Shown here piece by piece: positions 29,122 through 38,575 of a stretch of DNA of 62,153 nucleotides (positions are counted from its first letter, which is position 1; the number at the start of each line of letters is the position of its first letter). Origin of the DNA: an uncultured Candidatus Saccharibacteria bacterium (GTDB lineage Bacteria > Patescibacteriota > Minisyncoccia > Phycocordibacterales > UBA12079); the NCBI GenBank assembly GCA_964486155.1, contig CAZAKQ010000002.1, positions 1 through 62,153 on the forward strand, read 5' to 3'. The notes under the pieces are model-generated. The model had not been told where the DNA came from. It saw only the letters and a list, made by a program, of their open reading frames with translations, and made no database searches. The position numbers and the translations under genes were made by a program.

Positions 29122-30303
29122 TTATTTCTCATGTAGTGCTTCTTTAGTATACCGATTAGAAGCCGACCACAAAAACCAAGAATCTAATCCTGCATCATAA
29201 GTCGCTTGAATTTGAGCTCTAACTTTTGCTGCATCGTAATCAGCTCCTAAATCAAAATCTTGCAACCAAGGTCTTAATTTATCAGGGCTTGAACTAGCAT
29301 TTAAGGTTTTTTCTACTGCTTTGTCCATTGAATATTTAATTACCTGATACGGATGAGCCGCTGGGTTAGATAAACCAATAAATCCAGAAGGATAATGAGA
29401 AGGATAAACCATCGGACAAATATAATCAAAAAATGGTAAAGCATATTCTAAAATTTGACCAATATTTAAATCATCATCGTTAGTAGTCACCATTCCAAAT
29501 AAATCTGCAGAAAGCACTGCTTCGGTACTACCCATCTTGTTATTTAAATATACAAAAAATTCTTGCAAAACTTTAGCTTTACCTTTTTCAGGATCTAAAG
29601 TCACTCTTTCTTCACTTACAGGATAATAAATTTCTTTCATATTTCCATCAGAAGGAAAACGAATATAATCATAATTAATTTCATCAAAACCTAAATTATA
29701 AACTTCCTTAGATAAGGTAATAATATAATCCCAAACTTCTGTAGATCCTGCATCCAACCAAGAAATCCCCTTATAATCCTTCCAAATTTCTCCTCCTTTA
29801 CTTCTTTTTACAGCCAAATCGGGTCTTTCTTTTACTAAATGTGGATCTTGAAATACAGGAATTCGTCCAATAATATAAATACCTTTTGAATGCCAATTAT
29901 CAAGCAAAGCTTTTATATCATGAATCTTACATTCACCTTTGCTAGAATCTGCAATAGCATTTTTAAAGATAGGATTTTTTATGTCAAAAGCGATTTTCCC
30001 CGTTTCATCTTTAACATTTAAAATAATTGAATTTATTTCTGTATCTTCTACTAATTGTTCAAGGCTTTTTCTAAAATTAGAAGTACTGGCTGCACAAGCG
30101 GTCATATAAATAACCTTTGTTTTTTCAGGTGTTTTTATGTGCTTTACTTTTATAGATTTTTCTATTGTTTCATCTAATCCTATCGCATTTTTAAATTGAA
30201 TAATAAAGGGTTCTGAAATATTTTTTGAAAAAAACAAAAATAAAGTGATGCACAGAACACCACCTAAAATAATAAACACTAAAATTTTTAATTTATTCTT
30301 CAT
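29122..30303 (-). CDS. putative glycoside hydrolase-like TIM-barrel protein (DUF4015/GHL10-like)
   Basis: GFDEINYDYIRFP motif and an N-terminal TM/signal. Start taken at MKNKLKILV; the longer ORF-track start overlaps the upstream small ORF. Confidence 0.65.
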   Translation of the reverse strand: MKNKLKILVFIILGGVLCITLFLFFSKNISEPFIIQFKNAIGLDETIEKSIKVKHIKTPEKTKVIYMTACAASTSNFRKSLEQLVEDTEINSIILNVKDETGKIAFDIKNPIFKNAIADSSKGECKIHDIKALLDNWHSKGIYIIGRIPVFQDPHLVKERPDLAVKRSKGGEIWKDYKGISWLDAGSTEVWDYIITLSKEVYNLGFDEINYDYIRFPSDGNMKEIYYPVSEERVTLDPEKGKAKVLQEFFVYLNNKMGSTEAVLSADLFGMVTTNDDDLNIGQILEYALPFFDYICPMVYPSHYPSGFIGLSNPAAHPYQVIKYSMDKAVEKTLNASSSPDKLRPWLQDFDLGADYDAAKVRAQIQATYDAGLDSWFLWSASNRYTKEALHEK

Positions 30304-30511
30304 TTTTATAATTTTCCACAAAAACTTGATTATACTCACTCTTTTCTTTAATTTGTTTTTTATTTTTATCTTTTTTATTAAAAACCAAAGCCTGATAAAC
30401 AATATAAAGACCTATTATAATCAAAGACCAAGTTTTCCAAACTACAGGGATACCCAATAACGGAATCAATACTACTATTATACCTGCAATTAAAAATTTT
30501 TTCATATTCAT
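30293..30511 (-). CDS. small two-TM membrane protein
   Basis: 72 aa with two hydrophobic helices. Overlaps the downstream start by 11 nt. Confidence 0.4.
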   Translation of the reverse strand: MNMKKFLIAGIIVVLIPLLGIPVVWKTWSLIIIGLYIVYQALVFNKKDKNKKQIKEKSEYNQVFVENYKNEE

Positions 30512-30707
30512 ATGGTATTATTATATCACAAGAATATTTAAACACTAAATTAATGTAAAAATAAAGAATTAAATTAATAATTAACGATAGTATATACTAT
30601 AGTATATACTATGATATATACTAAAAATGAAAAAGCTCTGATTATTTCATTATTTCAATTGATTGAAATAATCTTTTTTTCTTTTATAAACCTTACAGTG
30701 CTTTAAT

Positions 30708-31394
30708 CTAACTTATTACCACCACAAACTCTCCTTTTATTTTACTTGGATTATTTTCAAAATATTTTAATACTTCATTGATATCTCCTGAAATAACTTG
30801 TTCAAATATTTTCGTTAATTCTCTTGCAATAACAATTTTTTTAACTTTTTTAGTAATTTCAGATAACTCTTGGATCATTTTTAGAGTTTTTAAAATTCTA
30901 TGAGGAGATTCATAAAATACAGAAGTTCTTTTTGATTCTAAAATTTCATTAATTATAGTCTGTTTTCCTTTTTTTCTAGGTAAAAAACCAAAAAAAGTAA
31001 AAGAATCTGCTGGTAATCCACTAATTGATAAAGCAGAAATTAAAGCTGAAGGTCCTGGAATAGGAGAAACAATTATATCTTCTCCAAATTTTTCTTTAAC
31101 TTGGGAAATTAATTGAAACCCAGGGTCTGAAATCGTAGGAGTCCCAGCATCAGAAACTAAAGCTAGGTTTTTACCTTCTTCTAATAACTCTAAAATTTTA
31201 TCTGTTTTGATTTTTCCACTAAAAGAATGATAAGAAACTGTTGGAGTTTTGATTTCGTATTTGTCTAAAAGTTTTCTTGTTACTCGAGTATCTTCACACA
31301 ACACAAAATCCACTTCTTTGAGAATTTTCAAAGCCCGAAGAGTAATATCTTCTAAATTTCCTATAGGTGTTGCTACTATGTATAAATTTGACAT
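30708..31394 (-). CDS. rsmI: 16S rRNA (cytidine1402-2'-O)-methyltransferase
   Basis: LYIVATPIGNLEDITLRAL..CEDTR N terminus typical of RsmI tetrapyrrole-methylase-fold enzymes. Confidence 0.85.
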   Translation of the reverse strand: MSNLYIVATPIGNLEDITLRALKILKEVDFVLCEDTRVTRKLLDKYEIKTPTVSYHSFSGKIKTDKILELLEEGKNLALVSDAGTPTISDPGFQLISQVKEKFGEDIIVSPIPGPSALISALSISGLPADSFTFFGFLPRKKGKQTIINEILESKRTSVFYESPHRILKTLKMIQELSEITKKVKKIVIARELTKIFEQVISGDINEVLKYFENNPSKIKGEFVVVIS

Positions 31395-31523
31395 AATTTT
31401 ATTTAATAATACCACTTTTTAAGCAATGTTTAAACCAAATCACTCAAAGGATGTTTTGTCATTTGCGACCTTAAATGCTCAGCACTCGCCATTAAATAGA
31501 TAGTGGTTGTTTTTAAAATTGTT

Positions 31524-31563
31524 AAGTAAAGTGTTAAGTAACTTGTTACTTAACACTTTACTT
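31524..31563. repeat. 40-bp perfect palindrome (aagtaaagtgttaagtaac...)
   Basis: Symmetry checked. Lies between the tRNA cluster and rsmI; possible terminator. Confidence 0.85.
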
Positions 31564-31630
31564 TTACCTTTAAAAAATATCTTAGAATAGTAGAGTAAAT
31601 TGAACCTACCTACCCTTAAACTCAAGTCTG

Positions 31631-31658
31631 ATTATACGATTATATATAATCGTATAAT
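31631..31658. repeat. 28-bp perfect palindrome (attatacgattata|tataatcgtataat)
   Basis: Symmetry checked. Confidence 0.85.
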
Positions 31659-31672
31659 TCTTATCTGCATAT

Positions 31673-31724
31673 AAATTAAAATCTTTATTACTCCAATCGA
31701 TTGGAGTAATAAAGATTTTAATTT
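31673..31724. repeat. 52-bp perfect palindrome, core tactCCAATCGATTGGagta
   Basis: Symmetry checked base by base across 26 pairs. Confidence 0.9.
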
Positions 31725-31733
31725 TGATTTCAC

Positions 31734-31767
31734 TGAACCACCTATGAGAATCAAACTAACGACCTAT
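31734..31767 (-). pseudogene. degenerate copy of the tRNA-Thr(CGU) T-arm/3' end
   Basis: ataggtcgttagtttgattctcataggtggttca compared with the tRNA's gtaggtcatgagttcaattctcatcttcggct. The T stem has a mismatch, and there is no 5' half. Confidence 0.4.
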
Positions 31768-31782
31768 AGTTTATCCCGTTAG

Positions 31783-31855
31783 AGCCGAAGATGAGAATTG
31801 AACTCATGACCTACGCGTTACGAGTGCGTTGCTCTACCAACTGAGCTACTTCGGC
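31783..31855 (-). tRNA. tRNA-Thr (anticodon CGU)
   Basis: Cloverleaf folded by hand: acceptor gccgaag/cttcggc, anticodon loop ctCGTaa, T arm atgag-ttcaatt-ctcat. Confidence 0.85.
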
Positions 31856-31861
31856 TAAATG

Positions 31862-31934
31862 AGCCCGAGGGCAGGATTGAACTGCCGACCTTTCGCTTAC
31901 CATGCGAATGCTCTACCAACTGAGCTACTCGGGC
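31862..31934 (-). tRNA. tRNA-Thr (anticodon GGU)
   Basis: Acceptor gcccgag/ctcgggc, anticodon loop atGGTaa, T arm ggcag-ttcaatc-ctgcc. Confidence 0.85.
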
Positions 31935-32014
31935 TGATTCTTATATCTTATTTTATTTTAGGTTTTTTTGCAAAATGAAAACCAAAGTATATAACTTTAG
32001 TTTTGTTTAAATTT

Positions 32015-32220
32015 GCGCGATCGAAGGGACTTGGTCACTCTCGTGGATATTTATTTCGTGCTTTGCACTCATAAATATCTCACTCCCTTGACCTCCACTC
32101 GGCGATACGACTCTTTCGCTTCGCTACAGAGTCGGCTTCGCATCGCCTCGGTTCAAGTCCATCATCGCGCTAAAACAAAAGTCACCCAACACTATCGTAT
32201 TGGGTTCCTTTGTTTTATGC
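32015..32220 (-). other. tRNA-3'-end-associated structured module A (candidate ncRNA or miniature integrative element)
   Basis: The 20-nt sequence at 32015-32034 is identical to 32219-32238 (tRNA-Asp T-loop to 3' end). An inverted copy lies at 32151-32172. Hairpins at 32047-32080 and 32110-32134. Confidence 0.65.
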
Positions 32221-32295
32221 GCGATCGAAGGGACTTGAACCCTCAACCTCTCGCGTGACAGGCGAGTGCTCTAACCAAATTGAGCTACGACCGCA
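32221..32295 (-). tRNA. tRNA-Asp (anticodon GUC)
   Basis: Acceptor gcggtcg/cgatcgc, anticodon loop ctGTCac, T arm gaggg-ttcaagt-ccctt. Confidence 0.9.
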
Positions 32296-32344
32296 AATTT
32301 ATACTGCAATACTTTAACAAATTTTTATATTTTTCTCAATACTG

Positions 32345-32418
32345 TGTCGACGAATGGATTCGAACCATTGATCTGGCGCGTATGAGACGCCCGCTTTAAC
32401 CAACTAAGCTACGCCGAC
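32345..32418 (-). tRNA. tRNA-Met (anticodon CAU), elongator type or Ile2-type
   Basis: Acceptor gtcggcg/cgtcgac with a paired 1-72, anticodon loop ctCATac. Confidence 0.8.
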
Positions 32419-32507
32419 AATTAACCAATAATATAGCATATTTAGTTAAATAATTAAACACTCCTCCAAACAAAAACAACCCAATTGGGTTGTTTTTGTT
32501 TTACTTG

Positions 32508-32578
32508 TTGCGGGAGCCTGACTTGAACAGACACCTGGAGGTTATGAGCCTCCCGTGCAACCTTTACACCATCCCGCG
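32508..32578 (-). tRNA. tRNA-fMet (anticodon CAU), initiator-like
   Basis: C1-A72 mismatch (cgcggga / tcccgca), anticodon stem ggagg/cctcc, loop ctCATaa, T loop ttcaagt. Confidence 0.7.
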
Positions 32579-32790
32579 ATATACTATTTAGTTTTAAAAC
32601 AAATTTATTCTTGTAACTCATAACCAAAGGTTATGAGTCTATGGATCCTATCGCGTGCAACCTTTACACCATCCCGCGATATACTATTTAGTTTTAAAAC
32701 AAATTTATTCTTGTAACTCATAACCAAAGGTTATGAGTCTATGGATCCTATCGCGTGCAACCTTTACACCATCCCGCGATATATTTAGTT
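32554..32790. repeat. 100-bp tandem repeat, about 2.3 copies, each containing the 5' 25 nt of tRNA-fMet
   Basis: 32554-32653 is identical to 32654-32753. A third partial copy starts at 32754 and has a 3-nt deletion. Confidence 0.9.
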
Positions 32791-33050
32791 AGTTAGATAT
32801 TAGGTAATTAGGGAAAAATTGCTTTGCAATTTTCATTACCTTCTTAAAAACTCTAAACTCTTTTTCAACGCTTAAAATATACAGTAAAAACACTCAAAAA
32901 GCAAGCAAAAACTGTCTTTAAATGAAAATTTCAACAACTCAAGTCGTTGAGCCGTTGAAACATTTAATGGCTTTAAATAAAGCTAGAATTCATTAATTTT
33001 TAATTTAGCATTTTTAATTTTTAATTTGAAATATTTTGTAAAAATATTTC

Positions 33051-33638
33051 TTAGATATATTGAAATTCTTCAAATACAGTTTTATATAAACCAACAGCTC
33101 TTTTTGCTGTTCTTTGTGTTAAAAGAGAATCAGAACCTTCATGAGCTACTTGATTTCTTATTTTATGAGCTTCCCAAGCATTATCAATTGTCGTAAAATC
33201 ACTTTTTTCAACTTGTTTCAATTTTTCTCCTATACCTTCGCCCACGTATCCCATTTTAGTAATCATTTCATCTAAAATTACATCAGCATCTAAAATAGCC
33301 ATTCTCCATTCTGCCTGAGAATCAGAATTAACATAGCGCACAATTTTTTCCCATCTTTCATTTTTAATTTCAACAAATTCAGAATCTCCAGCTGAAGAAA
33401 CAACCGTATCAAATATTTCTGAATCTTTTTGTGCCACAGGTTTCATTTTATACCGAACATATAAAATTCCAATCAACAAAACAACTGAAATTAAAAAAGA
33501 ATAAAACATAATAAAAGACCAATTATCATAATATATATTCCACAATCTAATAGGATTAAAATAATAAAATAAACCTTTTATTATAAGATAAATCCAATAA
33601 TATATTTGTTCAATATTTAAAAAATCAACATATTCCAT
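33051..33638 (-). CDS. membrane-anchored protein with a HEPN-like (DUF4145-like) C-terminal domain
   Basis: N-terminal TM segments. C-terminal AHKIRNQVAHEG contains an R-x4-H motif. Confidence 0.5.
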   Translation of the reverse strand: MEYVDFLNIEQIYYWIYLIIKGLFYYFNPIRLWNIYYDNWSFIMFYSFLISVVLLIGILYVRYKMKPVAQKDSEIFDTVVSSAGDSEFVEIKNERWEKIVRYVNSDSQAEWRMAILDADVILDEMITKMGYVGEGIGEKLKQVEKSDFTTIDNAWEAHKIRNQVAHEGSDSLLTQRTAKRAVGLYKTVFEEFQYI

Positions 33639-33724
33639 AACATAATTATAACATTAAATCATTAAAACATTAAAACCCACCTGCCGACAGGCAAGATTGA
33701 TGAAAGAATGCTTTATATTTGAGT

Positions 33725-35149
33725 TTAATTCAAAAAATCTTTAGAAACTTTAAATAATAACTCTTCCTGCATATGCGGAGCTAAAATCTGTAAACCAACC
33801 GGTAGATTTTTCCTCTCTCTTTCTACAGTCCCCATTGGAATAGATATAGCAGGATTTCCTACTACATTTGAAGATACCGTAAAAATGTCTTCCAAATATA
33901 ATTGAACAGGGTCATCTATTTTTGAACCAATTTTAAAAGCTGGAGTAGGAGCAGTCGGCATTAAAATAATATCTATATCCGAAAAAGCTTTTTTAAAACT
34001 TTCTTTTATTTTAGATCTTACAGCTTGAGCTTTTTTATAATAAGCATCTTTATATCCTGCTGATAAAATATAAGTTCCTAACATTATTCGTCTCCGAGCT
34101 TCTTTTCCAAAACCTTGACCTTTAGTTTTTAGATAATCTTCTAAAAGATTATCTCCTTCAATTTTCAAGCCATACCGAACTCCATCAAAACGAGCTAAAT
34201 TAGCAGAAATTTCAGCTGGAACTATTATATAATAAGCAGCCAAAGCATACTCTATATTTTCCAATTTAATTTCTTTAACTTCATATCCTAAAGTTTTAAA
34301 TCTTTCAATTGATTCTTCAAATCTTTTCATTACGCCTTCATCTAATCCTTCTTTCAAAAAATGTCGAGGAATTCCAATTATTTTTCTTTTATTTAAATCT
34401 ATTTTTTGTTCCTCTTTTTGAGTAATTTCATCTTTCAAAGTAGTACTATCCATCTTATCTTCACCTTTAATACAATCATAAACTATTTTTATATCTTCAA
34501 TATTTTTAGCAAAAGGTCCTATTTGATCAAAAGAAGATCCCATGGCTACAGCACCTGATCGAGAAACTCTTCCATAAGTAGTTTTTAAACCTAAAACTCC
34601 ATTCAAAGAAGCCGGTTGACGAATTGAACCTCCAGTATCAGATCCTAAAGCTACTAAAGCCATATCCATAGCTACTGCTACAGCAGAGCCTCCTGAAGAA
34701 CCTCCAGCCACTCTTTCTAAATCAAAAGGATTTTTCACCACTCCATAAGCAGAATTTTCAGTTGAGGTACCATGAGCAAATTCATCCATATTAGTTCCTC
34801 CAATAAATACTACCCCCTTAGCTTTTAATCTCTTAATTACAGTAGCATCATAAGTAGCTTTATAATTTTCCAAAATTTTTGAACCTGCTGTTGTTCTTTT
34901 CCCTTTAATTAAAATATTATTTTTTATTGCTATTGGTATCCCTGTCAATAATTCAGCTGTTCCGTTTTTAAACCTTTCGTCAGCTTTTTTTGCTTGTTCT
35001 AAAACATCATCAAAAACCTCTATAAAAGCATTCAATTTTGGATTAATATTATCTAAATAAGCTTGAGCTAATTCCTGTGCTAAAAAATCACCATTTTTCA
35101 TAGCTTCATGTGCTTTTTTTATTGTTAGTTTATGCAAATCTATTTTCAT
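33725..35149 (-). CDS. gatA: Glu/Asp-tRNA amidotransferase subunit A
   Basis: Amidase signature GGSSGGSAVAVA and GSDTGGSIRQPA. Confidence 0.95.
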   Translation of the reverse strand: MKIDLHKLTIKKAHEAMKNGDFLAQELAQAYLDNINPKLNAFIEVFDDVLEQAKKADERFKNGTAELLTGIPIAIKNNILIKGKRTTAGSKILENYKATYDATVIKRLKAKGVVFIGGTNMDEFAHGTSTENSAYGVVKNPFDLERVAGGSSGGSAVAVAMDMALVALGSDTGGSIRQPASLNGVLGLKTTYGRVSRSGAVAMGSSFDQIGPFAKNIEDIKIVYDCIKGEDKMDSTTLKDEITQKEEQKIDLNKRKIIGIPRHFLKEGLDEGVMKRFEESIERFKTLGYEVKEIKLENIEYALAAYYIIVPAEISANLARFDGVRYGLKIEGDNLLEDYLKTKGQGFGKEARRRIMLGTYILSAGYKDAYYKKAQAVRSKIKESFKKAFSDIDIILMPTAPTPAFKIGSKIDDPVQLYLEDIFTVSSNVVGNPAISIPMGTVERERKNLPVGLQILAPHMQEELLFKVSKDFLN

Positions 35150-35250
35150 ATTTATTAATTTAGAGGTCCGACCTCTTTAGATTATTTATTTAAATCTTTA
35201 AGCAAAACCATGTTAAAGCAAATTTAGAGGTCGGACCTCTAAATTATTTC

Positions 35251-35529
35251 TTACAGAATCTTCTTAACCTTAACATACCCTTTTTGAGTTTCTGGAGCTT
35301 CAATTAAGATATCATTACTAAACTCTCCTCCTATATAAGGATTATTATCTTCTCTCATAATATTTTGTAAATCACCTGCTTCATATTCTAAATCCCCTGT
35401 TTTAACTTTCTGAATTTGATCTATAAAATCTAAAATAGAATCCATTTCATTCAATAATTCTTTTTTTTCATTTTCTGTTAACTCTATTCTGCAAAGTTTT
35501 GCTAAATTTTCTATATCTTTAATTTCCAT
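35251..35529 (-). CDS. gatC: Glu/Asp-tRNA amidotransferase subunit C
   Basis: 92 aa, LAKLCRIELTENEKKEL..MREDN pattern, directly upstream of gatA. Confidence 0.85.
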   Translation of the reverse strand: MEIKDIENLAKLCRIELTENEKKELLNEMDSILDFIDQIQKVKTGDLEYEAGDLQNIMREDNNPYIGGEFSNDILIEAPETQKGYVKVKKIL

Positions 35530-35649
35530 AATTATTAGTATAATCTAAAAATATCTTTTTTGAAACACCTTCAACTATAAAATGTTAATTATAAATCTAT
35601 CCAAACACACAAAAACTATATCAAACCATCAATAACAATAAAACAAAAA

Positions 35650-35677
35650 CAATTACCCCAGTTAACTGGGGTAATTG
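35650..35677. repeat. 28-bp perfect palindrome, core taccCCAGTTAACTGGggta
   Basis: Symmetry checked. Lies 29 nt 3' of the HTH paralog 2 stop. Confidence 0.9.
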
Positions 35678-35705
35678 AACGAATTTATAATATCTAAAAT
35701 TACAT

Positions 35706-36152
35706 CTATTTCTTATTCTTATATTTTTTAATATTATATTTTTCATAAATTTCATCTAAGATATTCCATTGCCCCGCTCCTACAATAGAAGGTATCCCCA
35801 TTTTTAAAACCAAATCCATTCCTTTCCAAAAAGTCATTCTATTTTTTCTCAGTCTAACTATTCTCAAAATATATTTATATTTATCTAAATTAATATCTTG
35901 AGAAACTTTTTTTACAGTAGTATCACTTACCTTTATCAATTCAGAAATTCTATACCAACTTAAATTTTCTTGAAGCATAAAAATGATAGCTAATCTCTTT
36001 GCTAAAGTTATTTTTTCTGACTCAGTTAACAATTCATTTAAAAAGTTCTTTGTAGAGGAATTGGTTTCTAAACTAGTAATTACATTAATCAAACGATTAT
36101 TAATATGCTCAGAAACACCTTTTTTTAATTTTTGTTTAGAAACATTAACCAT
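35706..36152 (-). CDS. TrpR/YerC-like helix-turn-helix protein (paralog 2)
   Basis: MVNVSKQKLKKGVS..LLTESEKITLAKRLAIIFML. About half the residues match paralog 1 by eye. Confidence 0.6.
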   Translation of the reverse strand: MVNVSKQKLKKGVSEHINNRLINVITSLETNSSTKNFLNELLTESEKITLAKRLAIIFMLQENLSWYRISELIKVSDTTVKKVSQDINLDKYKYILRIVRLRKNRMTFWKGMDLVLKMGIPSIVGAGQWNILDEIYEKYNIKKYKNKK

Positions 36153-36230
36153 AAAATTATTTAAATTAAAATTTAATAAATCCTATTTTTTTAATTTTTA
36201 ATATTTCAATCAACTTATTTAATATTCTAA

Positions 36231-36264
36231 CACAATACACCCCAGTTAACTGGGGTATATTGTG
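36231..36264. repeat. 34-bp palindrome (one mismatched pair), core caccCCAGTTAACTGGggta
   Basis: Upstream of HTH paralog 2. Confidence 0.85.
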
Positions 36265-36411
36265 GGTAATTATTTTCTAAATTTTATTTAAAATATGAAA
36301 ATAATTGTAAAAAGCAATGACTTAGCAAAACTTTTAGAAAACTAATTTAATTAAATTAAAATTAATCAGACTTAATATCAACATAAAACAGAAAATACAA
36401 AAATTTAACCC

Positions 36412-36445
36412 CTTATATTACCCCAGTTAACTGGGGTAATATAAG
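36412..36445. repeat. 34-bp perfect palindrome, core taccCCAGTTAACTGGggta
   Basis: Symmetry checked. Confidence 0.9.
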
Positions 36446-36461
36446 AGATTGAAATGTTCTT

Positions 36462-36497
36462 TTTATTTAAATGTTATTTAAATAACATTTAAATAAA
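36462..36497. repeat. 36-bp perfect AT-rich palindrome (likely ligA terminator)
   Basis: tttatttaaatgttattt|aaataacatttaaataaa, 4 nt 3' of the ligA stop. Confidence 0.7.
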
Positions 36498-36500
36498 TAA

Positions 36501-38498
<1,998 letters not shown>

Positions 38499-38575
38499 TT
38501 ATCTGTAATTTTAACACAAAAAAGAGAGAATCTTTAGCTTCTCTCTTTTTCTTTTTAATATTCTATTTTTCTACT

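Noticed and set aside
29122-30402. Long N-terminal extensions given by the ORF track (29122-30402, 23098-24018, 40432-41049, 18772-19350, 30708-31415, 485-2038)
   Set aside because: The extensions are K/I/F-rich and overlap upstream genes or regulatory repeats. Internal ATGs give canonical family N termini (MKNKLKILV, MENKKIILVTGGAG, MNKIILNF, MKIIITAP, MSNLYIVATP), so the shorter models were preferred.
32013-32258. 81-aa plus-strand ORF from the ORF track
   Set aside because: It runs antisense through tRNA-Asp and the structured module A. Its two MRDRRDL segments are simply the translated 20-nt direct repeat. It has no RBS and no coding-like composition.
32554-32790. CRISPR array
   Set aside because: The repeat period is 100 bp and the units are fully identical, including the would-be spacers. 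No short direct repeat with variable spacers and no cas genes were seen anywhere in the window.
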